64,000 nt of DNA from an uncultured Acidobacteriota bacterium. Lineage in GTDB: Bacteria > Acidobacteriota > Terriglobia > UBA7540. Position 1 is the first letter of the stretch, and each line of letters begins with the position of its first letter. Under the pieces are notes generated by a model. That model was not told the DNA's origin. It saw nothing but the letters and a program-made list of their open reading frames with translations, and did no database searches. The position numbers were made by a program, and so were the translations under genes. Location of the stretch: positions 320,001 through 384,000 of the forward strand of contig CAWDSK010000003.1 in the NCBI GenBank assembly GCA_963804995.1, written 5' to 3'. This document shows, one piece after another, positions 29,722 through 39,282 of this stretch.

Positions 29722-31572
29722 CTAGGGCGTACTCTGCGTCGGCGGGGCGTGTCGCGAGAACATTTCCTCGATCGCATCGCGAAATTTCTCTTCCACGACC
29801 CGCCGTTTCACTTTCAAGGTCGCAGACATATCGCCGTCCGCCATGGTCAGTTCCTGGGGCAGCAGCACGATCTGGCGAATCCGCTCGTGAGGAGGCAGCC
29901 AGCGCGTAGTCTCGTCCACAAGCTGTTGCATAAAGGAGCAAATCTCCGGGTGCGCCACAAGTTCCGCGCGGCTTCCGAACGTCAGTTGATGCGCCCGCGC
30001 GTGGTCTTCCAGGCGCGTGAAGTTCGGCACCACGAGCGCACCCACAAATTTTCGCGCGTACCCCAGCACCACAATCTGGGATACATAAGGATGGCTCTGG
30101 AACAGGTTTTCGAGTTTTTCCGGAGAAACGTATTTGCCACCCGAAGTCTTAAAGAGGTTCTTCAAGCGGCCTGTGATGCGAAGATATCCCTCAGCGTCCA
30201 TGGCGCCCAGGTCGCCGGTATGAAACCAGCCATTCTGGAAGGCGGCGCGAGTCTCCTCTTCCAGATGGTAGTAGCCCGGCGAGACGTTGGGCCCTCGAAC
30301 CAGGATTTCGCGTCCTACTTCCCCGTCGGGCTCATGGCTCGCTTCACCGAACTGCACTTCAACTCCCGGAAGCAGCGGACCCACGGTTCCTAGCTTGGTG
30401 TGCCCCCGATAATTGAGGGACACCACCGGAGAGGTCTCCGTCAGCCCATAGCCCTCGTACACCGGCAACCCCATGGCATAAAAAAATTCCGCCAATTCCT
30501 TTGCCAGGGGAGCGGAGCCTGACGCCAGAATCGCAATTCGGCCGCCCAGTTGTTCACGCACTTTGGAGAAAATTAGCTTGTCCGCAATCGCATGCTGCAA
30601 GCGCAAGAGCAAGGGCAAACTTCGGAGCTTGAGACGGTAAGGAAATGCTTGCTTGCCCACTCCTAAGGCCCAGTAAAAGATTTTCCGCCGAGCTGCCGGA
30701 GCGGTGCGGACGACGTCCATGACCCGGTCGTGAATCTTCTCGAGCACGCGCGGCACGACGCCCATCAACGTGGGCCGGACCTCGCGCAGGTTTTGCGGCA
30801 TCGCCTCCAGGCTTTCCGCGTAGGCGATCGAAGTGCCCGTCCAGAAACAGAGGTAGTCGAGCGTGCGTTCCAGGATGTGGCTGAGCGGCAGCAGCGACAT
30901 GGCCACATCATCGCGCGTCAGCGGGAAACGCTGCTGGCAGGCCAGCACGTTGGAAGCAATGTTGGCGTGGGTCAGGATGACACCCTTGGGCTGGCCCATC
31001 GTGCCGGAGGTGTAAAGGATGGTGGCGATGTCGTCGGGCTGCGCGGCCAGCGCCTTGGCCTTGAAGGACTCAACGGCGTTCCCCAGCCAGAGGAGCGCAA
31101 GGGCAATGCTGCTCTCCCAACATTCCGCGTCGGCCCCTTCAAGATTGGAGCAGTTCATCCCCAGAACGAATTTCAAGTCCGGCAGGTGGGGCCGCACGTT
31201 CACGATTTTCTGAAGCTGCACTTCCGTGGCCAGCACGATGCCTTTCGCCCCGGAATCACGCAGGATGTATTCGATGTCGGGCTCAAGCAGCGTGGTGTAG
31301 ATCGGCACTGGAATCGCGCCCAGGCCCAGGAGCGCGTAATCAGTCAGCGCCCACTCCACACGATTCTCTGAGAGGATGGCCACGCGGTCGCCGCGCTCAA
31401 CCTGCAGGCGTTCCAGCACCGAGGCCAGTGCCGCCACTTTGCGCAGCGCGTCCGCCGAGGATAGTCCCTGAAAGCACCCCTCGGTCTTAGAGAGGAAACA
31501 GTCCGGCTTGCGGTGCCGCTCAACTGCTTTCAGGAACATCTCGTTGAGCGTTCTGAATTCGTGCAGGACCAT
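29722..31572 (-). CDS. Long-chain fatty acid-CoA ligase (FadD15-like)
   Basis: YTSGTMGQPKG, YEGYGLTE, FHTGDLG, TGRLKNLFKTSGGKYVSP. Confidence 0.93.
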   Translation of the reverse strand: MVLHEFRTLNEMFLKAVERHRKPDCFLSKTEGCFQGLSSADALRKVAALASVLERLQVERGDRVAILSENRVEWALTDYALLGLGAIPVPIYTTLLEPDIEYILRDSGAKGIVLATEVQLQKIVNVRPHLPDLKFVLGMNCSNLEGADAECWESSIALALLWLGNAVESFKAKALAAQPDDIATILYTSGTMGQPKGVILTHANIASNVLACQQRFPLTRDDVAMSLLPLSHILERTLDYLCFWTGTSIAYAESLEAMPQNLREVRPTLMGVVPRVLEKIHDRVMDVVRTAPAARRKIFYWALGVGKQAFPYRLKLRSLPLLLRLQHAIADKLIFSKVREQLGGRIAILASGSAPLAKELAEFFYAMGLPVYEGYGLTETSPVVSLNYRGHTKLGTVGPLLPGVEVQFGEASHEPDGEVGREILVRGPNVSPGYYHLEEETRAAFQNGWFHTGDLGAMDAEGYLRITGRLKNLFKTSGGKYVSPEKLENLFQSHPYVSQIVVLGYARKFVGALVVPNFTRLEDHARAHQLTFGSRAELVAHPEICSFMQQLVDETTRWLPPHERIRQIVLLPQELTMADGDMSATLKVKRRVVEEKFRDAIEEMFSRHAPPTQSTP

Positions 31573-31871
31573 GGAGTTGTAAGAATCGACTGCTTTGCCC
31601 CCGGAATGGTTGCTGTCGTCGCGCTGAGCTTTAGCTCAGCACATTCCGACTACAAGTGCCGACCTGAAGGTCGGCGCCACAAGTACATTCCGACCTCCCG
31701 ACCCAGTCGGGCCAAGTTCCGGTCAGCCCTACTTTGCTACAGAATTCGCCATCTTAACATATTCTTTTGGTGCGGACCCTTCCCTGGCCGGGTAGACATC
31801 ACGGTGGAATTGTGGTGACGCGCCCACCAGGTCCAATATCCCCTCTAAAGGAATTAACAAATAATCATGTA

Positions 31872-31900
31872 TTGACAACTTTTATGATATAAGGTATATT
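31872..31900 (+). promoter_or_regulatory. Near-consensus sigma70 promoter
   Basis: TTGACA-17 nt-TATATT upstream of the DUF2934 gene. Confidence 0.65.
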
Positions 31901-31938
31901 AAATTCTCCTGACCGAAAGCTTACAGAACTGAAAGGAT

Positions 31939-32139
31939 GTGCCTCCCATGGGACGCCAAGCAACAACACGACAACCGACTCCTCTTCCTGCAACCCCGAA
32001 GGTCGAGCTGAAGCCACCGACCATTACGGAAAAAGACTTGAGGCACCGTGCTTATGAAATCTACCTCAAACGAGGCCCCCACCCTGGCAACGAGATCGGG
32101 GACTGGCTTCAAGCCGAGCAAGAGCTCACAGCAAATTAA
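31939..32139 (+). CDS. DUF2934-like small protein
   Basis: LRHRAYEIYLKRG...DWLQAEQEL. Confidence 0.85.
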   Translation: MPPMGRQATTRQPTPLPATPKVELKPPTITEKDLRHRAYEIYLKRGPHPGNEIGDWLQAEQELTAN

Positions 32140-32407
32140 CTGCAAGTCAGCGCGTTTTGAAAGCTGCTAGCCGCGGTCAGGGCCATCCTGACCGTGGTGT
32201 TTCTATGCCCGAAACCGTTACGCCTACCGCCCGTCGTCAGCTCTCAATCTGATAAACATGCACGGCATTATTAACACACGGCTTTGCCGCGTGACAGGAT
32301 GAGGGAACAGGGAACAGAAGATCAGTAACGGGCAAGAAAATCAAGAGGGGGTAGCGCCCAACCGGCGAAGGCCCGCCCCGATGCCTCGGGGCGCTAAGCT
32401 TGCTAAC

Positions 32408-32635
32408 TTACCGGTAAACATCTAGGCGATGGCCGATGTGAAGTACTGTAATGTCGGACACAGCTTTATCAAATGAGATGGGGGTCTCCCCAGAGGACTT
32501 GGCTTGGTCAAAGGCCCGGATGGACTCCAGCTCTTCCAGGTCATTGAGTAGTTTTTCGTATTCCTCCATGTTGAGGACGACGCCTACCCGATTTCCATGC
32601 TTGTCGACAACGTAGCATTCTTCATGGCTGTTCAT
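32408..32635 (-). CDS. Type II antitoxin fused to the last residues of a RelE/ParE toxin (toxin deleted)
   Basis: YVVDKHGNRVGVVLNMEEYEKLLNDLEELESIRAFD antitoxin pattern, then TVLHIGHRLDVYR, the typical RelE C-terminus; RBS GAGG. Confidence 0.7.
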   Translation of the reverse strand: MNSHEECYVVDKHGNRVGVVLNMEEYEKLLNDLEELESIRAFDQAKSSGETPISFDKAVSDITVLHIGHRLDVYR

Positions 32636-32856
32636 AGAAACCTCAAACCGTCCCCGGGGGGGCACAACTTCCCCTCTGGCCCGGTAACTATCAGTTAACA
32701 AGCTCGCGCCTATAAGTCAAGGCGCTACACGCCGCCGATTCACATTCGCAGATTGCCCCCGGAATTTAGCGGTCGCGAGCGCGCCGCTGGGGTGTACACT
32801 GCTGTGCCGTACGATGCCAGAACGGAAATCCTGGGTAAGGGAACGCGGAGGCCCCA

Positions 32857-34950
32857 ATGAATCGCCGAGACTTTATGGGAAGCATGGCAGCGGCAGCGGC
32901 CGTCGGACAGATTCTGAAAATGCCGTTGCCCATCGGCAGCAGCACCCGCGTGCAGCTCCCCCGCGCCGCCTGGCTCGCGAACGGACTGATCGATGCGGGG
33001 GGAAGCCATGAGCCTTACATCTTCGTGATTCGTCGCGGCGGCGAATCGCTCGATGCCCGCAAGGAGTACGAGTTTAACCAGAGTGAAGGGCTGATACGCT
33101 CGCTGCACGAGCAGGGTATCGAGGTGTTTCACACCCACCTTTACAAAGGCTTCGGCATGGCGGCGGAGAGGCCGGAAATGGAAGACGCCCGGCAAGCCGC
33201 GGCCCTGGCTCATCGTTATGGTATGAGAGTGGATAGTTATATCCAATGGAATACCATGATGTATGAGACCTTCTTTGCTGAGGAGCCGCGCGCCAAGGAT
33301 TGGATCCAGCGCGACGTTAGCGGCCTCCCCATCCTGCTGGTCTACGGCTATCAGCAGTCGTACCGCTACCGCCCGTGCTTTACCCACCAGGAGTATCTGG
33401 ATTACCTCAAGAAGATCGTGCGGTTCGCCGTGGAAGAAGTCCACACGGACTTCATTCATTTCGATAACTTTGACCTCAACCCGGAGCCTGATTCCTGCCA
33501 CTGCCCGGCGTGTGTGGAGGGATTTCGCGCCTTTTTACGTGCGAAACACCCTCCGGAAAAGCGCCGCGAACGGTTCGGCTTTGAAAATGTCGATTTCGTA
33601 AACCCGCCGCAGTGGAACCGCCAAAACCCGCCGCAGAAGATGGCCATCATCTTCGACCCCGCCATTCAAGAGTGGATCGATTTCCGCTGCCAGGTCATGG
33701 CCGACGCGCTGCGCCAGATGGTGGAGTATGTGCGGTCGCTCAACCCCCAGGTAGCGATTGAAATCAATCCGCATGGCATCACCGGCGGAAACCGCGCCTG
33801 GGAGAATGCCGTCGACCACGCGCGCCTCTTGACCTCTACCGATGTCTTCTGGACAGAGGAATCGAATCCCTGCGCTTACCTGCCGGACGGCCGCCTGATC
33901 AGCAAGATCCGCAGCTATAAGCTGGCGCGCGCTTTTCACAATATCCTGCTGGCCTACATCAGCGATAACCCCGTCGCCATGGGCGAGTGCCTGGCCTTCA
34001 ATCAAACGCTGGGCTTCGCCGGCACCGCGCCCATACCGCCGGCGATGCTCCAATACGTGGCGTTTTACCGGAAAAACCGCGAGCTCTACCTGGGCACCGA
34101 GGATGTGGCCAGCGTGGGTGTGCTGCGCTCGCACGCTTCAATTACTTACCACCACGCACGCGCGCAGCTCAGCGCGATCCTCACGGAGCAAGCTCTGATC
34201 CAGTCGCGCCTGCCGTTTCACCTGATTTTCGATGAGCCGCTGCCCGACCTTTCGAAACTCCGGGTGCTGATCCTGCCTGATTCCGAATGCCTCTCAGACG
34301 ACCAGTTGGCCCGTATTCGCACCTTTGTCGAAAACGGCGGCGGCCTGGTGGCGGTCGGTCAAGCGGGTCTCTACGATGAGTGGCGGCGTCTGCGCGTTGA
34401 GCCGGGCCTGAAAGGGTTGGTCGAAGGCCAGCCGCCCGCCCGCGACTACGAGGAGGAGGTGGGGGAGACCGTGGCTGCGGCGGGATCGGTGCGACGAAAT
34501 CAGGCCGGCAAGGAGAGAGTCGTGTACATTCCCGGCGTCGAATATGATGGGCCTCTTCCCCCCGCCGAACCGTACCTTAATATCAGCAATCGATTCTGGA
34601 AACGTCCCAGGAACTGGGAGCAACTCATTGACGCCGTCCGCTGGGCGGCGAACGATGACCCTCCCCTCCAAGTTGCCGGGCCGGATTTCCTGGTGGCCAA
34701 TCTGGTCGAGCAGGCCGCCCGCCAGCGGAGACTTATCCACCTGGTTAACTATGATGCGCAGAATACCCCGGCGATTTCCTCTGTGCAGGTAACCGTCGCC
34801 GTTCCCGACCACCAAGTGGTGAAAGACGTAAGCCTGTTCGAGGTCGAGGGTGATTCACCGCGGGTGCTCAGTTTCACGCCCGGGCCCTCGCGGGTCTCCT
34901 TCACGATCCCCGAGGTGAAGACCTACGCGGTTATCGCGGTCAGTTGGTAG
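32857..34950 (+). CDS. Tat-exported glycoside-hydrolase-like protein (TIM barrel + beta-galactosidase trimerisation-like domain)
   Basis: NRRDFM signal; IHFDN, CHCPAC, WIDFR; VLILPDSECLSD...FVENGGGLV. Confidence 0.7.
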   Translation: MNRRDFMGSMAAAAAVGQILKMPLPIGSSTRVQLPRAAWLANGLIDAGGSHEPYIFVIRRGGESLDARKEYEFNQSEGLIRSLHEQGIEVFHTHLYKGFGMAAERPEMEDARQAAALAHRYGMRVDSYIQWNTMMYETFFAEEPRAKDWIQRDVSGLPILLVYGYQQSYRYRPCFTHQEYLDYLKKIVRFAVEEVHTDFIHFDNFDLNPEPDSCHCPACVEGFRAFLRAKHPPEKRRERFGFENVDFVNPPQWNRQNPPQKMAIIFDPAIQEWIDFRCQVMADALRQMVEYVRSLNPQVAIEINPHGITGGNRAWENAVDHARLLTSTDVFWTEESNPCAYLPDGRLISKIRSYKLARAFHNILLAYISDNPVAMGECLAFNQTLGFAGTAPIPPAMLQYVAFYRKNRELYLGTEDVASVGVLRSHASITYHHARAQLSAILTEQALIQSRLPFHLIFDEPLPDLSKLRVLILPDSECLSDDQLARIRTFVENGGGLVAVGQAGLYDEWRRLRVEPGLKGLVEGQPPARDYEEEVGETVAAAGSVRRNQAGKERVVYIPGVEYDGPLPPAEPYLNISNRFWKRPRNWEQLIDAVRWAANDDPPLQVAGPDFLVANLVEQAARQRRLIHLVNYDAQNTPAISSVQVTVAVPDHQVVKDVSLFEVEGDSPRVLSFTPGPSRVSFTIPEVKTYAVIAVSW

Positions 34951-35384
34951 TGGGTCGCCACCGTGTCGCCACGGCTGAGAGTCCGCCGATCCTAATGGCG
35001 GACGACCGGTTCGGAGTGTGGGTTTTTCTCTGGGTGTGGAGGGATTGCCTACGCAAATGGAAGTAGCGCAGCGTGGTCGAGCCGCAACCAAACTAGAAAG
35101 GGTCTGCCAGTTCCGTAGTTGGGTCCGGGTCTGGTCTTCAGATGGTGAAATAACCCCTCACCCGTCCCGCCCCGGCTGATGAAAACGCCGGCTGCGGTCC
35201 ACCCTCTCCCCTCGGAGAGGGCTATGAGTTCGTATGGGTGCGGCAGGCACCAGCAAGTGGCGCGGACTTGTTTCGTAGGTCTGACGCGCTACACTCGCTG
35301 GCGTTCCGAGCGCCAAGGATGTAAAGTTCCCGCGCATTGAAACGCAAGCGGCGGGTGCAATCCTTCCCATAAGGTGAGACAGAA

Positions 35385-37716
35385 ATGATCCTTAATATCC
35401 TCTACCGAAGACAAGTCCTGCAATTAGCCCTGGGGCTCTGCCTATTGAGCCCTTACCTTCCCTCCCGAGCTTTCGGCCGGGCGCAGGTTTATCCGGAACC
35501 CCAGCAAATGCAGGTTTTGGATACGCACTTTCGACTGGACAGCCAGGCCGTGATCGTTCTTCCGCTGGTGGCGTCAGAGCATGATGCGTTCCTGGCGCGC
35601 TTTCTGGTGGCCGAGATGGCTGACCGGTACGGCCTCGCCCTTCCCACCGAGCGTCTCGCCAAGTTGCCCACTGACCGGCGGGCGATTTTGATGGGGTCGA
35701 TTTCGAACCCGCTGGTGAAGGAGTACTGCCTCCAGCACCAGATTGACGTCACCGACCGGCAGCCCGGACCCGAGGGGTATGTTCTTCGAAGTGAGTGAGA
35801 ACCTGGTGGTGATTGCGGGGAGCGACGAGGCTGGCGCATTCTACGGCCTGCAGTCCCTGCGGCAGCTCATCGAGAAGTCGGCGCCAGGAGTGGGGATCGA
35901 TGGCGTGCGAATCCGCGACTGGCCATATAAGCCTTTCCGGGGAATAAAACTTTACCTCCCCGGCCGCCAGAACATTCCCTTCTTCAAGCGCTTCGTGCGC
36001 AATTTTATGGCGCTCTACAAATACAACAAGTTGATGATGGAAATGAATGCGGGGATGCGCCTGGACCGGCATCCGGAGTTAAACGCCGGGTGGGAGGAAT
36101 TTGCCCGCAACCTCACGTACACTCGGCGCGACCGCCCAGAGGGCCCCCACCGTCAATATCAGGACTCCAGCCACTACGATACTGCCGACGGTGGAGTGTT
36201 GGAGAAGGAGGAAGTGGCCGACCTGGTGCATTGGGCCCGCGAGCACTACATCGAAGTCATTCCCGAGCTCCCTTCACTGACCCACAGCTACTACCTGCTG
36301 TCGAGGCACCGCGAGCTGGCTGAAATTCCTGAGGCCGAGTGGCCGGATACCTACTGCCCGTCCCGGCCTGACGTCTATAAGCTGCTATTTGACGTTCTCA
36401 ACAAGTATATCGAGGTGATGAATCCCCGCATGATCCATATCGGTCACGACGAGTGGAGAATGCCCTGGGGCGTTTGTCCGCTTTGCCGGAACCAGGACCC
36501 TCGCGAGCTGTTCGCGGAAGACGTCAAAAAGATTCACGATCATCTGGCGGAGAAGGGCGTCAGAACGGCCATGTGGGGCGACCATTTGCTGGAAGCTGTG
36601 GCGGGGGTGCGCGTCAGTCCACAGGTTAGCCCCTCCCGTTATCATTACGATATCCCGGGTGGCCTGACGGCCTCGCAGGTCCAGGCTTTGATCCCCAAGG
36701 ATATTCTGGTCTTCAACTGGTTTTGGAACGACAAGGACAACGAGCCCAAGAGTTCTCACCAGTATGGCGAGCCCGACGACCTCCGAGTCCAGGAGATGGG
36801 TTTCCAGCAGGTTTATGGGAACTTTACGCTGGCCATTCAGAATTATGGGAGGAGAAGCAGCCGGGAGAGCGTCCTGGGCGGTATTCCTTCCGCCTGGTTG
36901 GCGACCACAGAGTTCAATTTCGGCAAGGATCTGCTGGAGGACTTTGTGGGCTGCGCAAGCCTTCTCTGGTCCAAGCATTGGATTGAACGGCAGCAGCTTC
37001 CCGAAATTGTGCAGGGCATGATGCCCGGCCTTCGCCGCCATCTCAGCGCGGAGGATATCCCGAGCGACGTGGGAGATCCCATCGCACCCGTGCCCATCGC
37101 CTCCGGGTTCACTCCCAGCCCGCCCTTCGTCGGTCTTGATCCCGGCCGCCTGAAAACTGGCAGGTTGACCTGGGGAAATTTGATTTTTGATTTGGCCGAT
37201 CCGCGATCACTGGGAGACAAATACGGCGTGATCGCAACTACCGGAGACGCCCACCGGCCGCACTCACCTGAAGAATCGCGTGGCCTTCCCGTCGGGGAGG
37301 ACGTGGACAGCCTGATTTTTCTCCATGCCTCGGCCCGATCTGCCCACAATGAGCCTGGATTCACTTATATCTTTAATTTTCCCGATACCGCTGATTTGCT
37401 GGGCTGGTACGAGGTGGTCTATGAAGATGGGTTCGTCTCGACCATCCCGATTCGCTATGGAGTGAACATCCGGGAGTGGAACTGGGCGAAACCTGAGGCG
37501 CGGGGCACCGTTTACTGGGCGGATGCGATCACGGTCGGAGGTTCACCAGATTCGCCCGTGACCTTTTTTGCATTCGAGTGGGCCAACCCGCGTTTGGGAA
37601 AGGTCGTGAAAGAGGTTCGGCTGCGGGGTACAAGCGGATTCACCGATACGGAGGGGAAAGTTATCCCGGAAAACGCCGTTATCCTGCGAGCGCTCAGCAT
37701 AGTGAAGAAACGGTAG
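35385..37716 (+). CDS. GH20 beta-N-acetylhexosaminidase-like protein split by one +1 frameshift near 35787
   Basis: GPEGYVL|VSENLVVIAGSDEAGAFYGLQSLRQL, IRDWP, catalytic IHIGHDE. Confidence 0.85.
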
Positions 37717-37720
37717 AAAT

Positions 37721-38889
37721 TCAGGGTTTCTGCCCCGGTAGTGCGGGTACCGGAATTTTCCCCTCCAACTGCTCCGCCTGCTTTTCGCGGGCAGCGGCTT
37801 GGAGCTTCTGCGTGGTCAGAAACTCCGCCTCGGCCTCCTGGGATTGCCCTGCCTTGCGGTACGCTTGGCCCAACTGGTAGTGATATTTGGCCGTCCCCGG
37901 ATCAAGCGCGATGGCTTCCTTCAGATATCTGATGCTTTGCGTCGTATCGCCCTTCTGCCCATACGCCTTTCCGAGTCCCGCGAGCGATTTCGGCAACTTA
38001 GGGTCTCGCGCCAGAGCTTGGCGATAGAACTTGATAGCCTCGTCCCATTGGCCCAGGTCGAGCGAAACCTCGCCGCGATTCTCATAGCTAAAGGGTTCGC
38101 GAGGAGTAAGGGTTATTTCCGTGTCAAACTGTTTGGCAGCTTCTTGCAGCATTCCCAAGCGCTGATAAACAACCGCCAGATTGTAGTGGGCAAAGGCTAA
38201 TTTCGGATCGAGAGAGATCGTTTTCTCCAGTTCCGCCCTGGCCGGCTCGTTGTGGAAGAGATCGAGGTCGGCCTTTCCCAGGAGGAAATGCAGGTGCGCG
38301 CTGTCACCGCCCACGCGAACCATTTGCTCAAAAGTCTTCTTGGAATCCTCCTCTCGTTTCAGTTTGCCGTAGCAGATGCCCAGCGCGAAAAGGAAGTTGA
38401 GGTTGTCCTGCTCTCCACTCGCCAGGGGTTCGAGCATCTCGACGGCACGCGAGAAATCGTCGTTCAGAAAATAATTCGTCCCCAGGAGATAGCGGGCCTG
38501 GTAATTGTCAGGTTGGGCTTGGAGGACACGCGAGAAGGCCGCAATGGCTTTGGGAACTCCTCTTTGGAATAATAGGCCAAACCCAGATTCAGATCGATGC
38601 CGGGAAGATTCGGTTTCAACTTCTTGGCTTCCAGTAACGCCCGAATGGCGGAGTCGTACTTCTCCATTCGCATGTACACAACACCCAAGTTGGTGTACGC
38701 GGCGGCGGAGCGAGGATCGAGACGCAGGACCTCCTGAAACCCTCGCTCCGCGGCGGGATAGTCCTTATTGCGCAACGCCAGTTGAGCACGCTCGAAGATA
38801 GGCTTCGGGTCTGCGACGGGCGGCTGCTGAGCCGCCGCTTGCAGTATGAAAAGCGTCAGGAAGATCGCAATCAGCGCGGGGGTTCTCAT
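37721..38889 (-). CDS. Secreted TPR protein split by one -1 frameshift near 38550
   Basis: Signal peptide and continuous TPRs across two ORFs; one added base at TTCCCAAAGCC restores EFPKAIAAFSRVL. Confidence 0.8.
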
Positions 38890-38977
38890 CTCACCCAAGT
38901 TTCAGTCCTCGTCGAAGTGCATCTTACACTTGCGCGTTCAGGATTGGCAATCAGCACTGACCTTGGCGGCCGGTGGT

Positions 38978-39214
38978 AGTGGTGTCATTTGGAAGTGCCA
39001 CGGGCGTCCGAAGGTGTGAAAAAATACCATTTTCACCGCTGAGACGCTGAGACGCAGAGAAATGACCCTTTGTTTTCAAACCTCTGCGCCTCCGCGTCTC
39101 CGCAGTAAAAGGTTTGATGGGATTTTTTCACAGCTTCTCCCGCCTGTGAAGGGTCACGGCCAAGACCCCGATGGATCGGGGCAGATCGGCCGTGCCACAC
39201 CAAATGACACCACT
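38978..39214. mobile_element. Nested non-autonomous elements: 15-bp outer IR, REP-like doublet, and a 128-bp MITE (39010-39137) with TCC duplication
   Basis: AGTGGTGTCATTTGG/CCAAATGACACCACT outer IR; inner TIR GAAGGTGTGAAAAAA/TTTTTTCACAGCTTC (14/15). Confidence 0.8.
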
Positions 39215-39282
39215 GCCCGGCCGGTGAGCGGCTTTCACTTCCGCCAGCCTTGGGCTAAGATTTCCCCTCGGGGAATATCCAC

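Noticed and set aside
27600..32700. Integron cassette array carrying TA genes
   Set aside because: No integrase, no convincing attC R-box pairs, and housekeeping genes intervene.
35784..35791. Programmed +1 frameshift at CTT-CGA (also 42856)
   Set aside because: Possible in principle, but the other TCGAA cases are in different codon phases, which fits a sequence-context error better.
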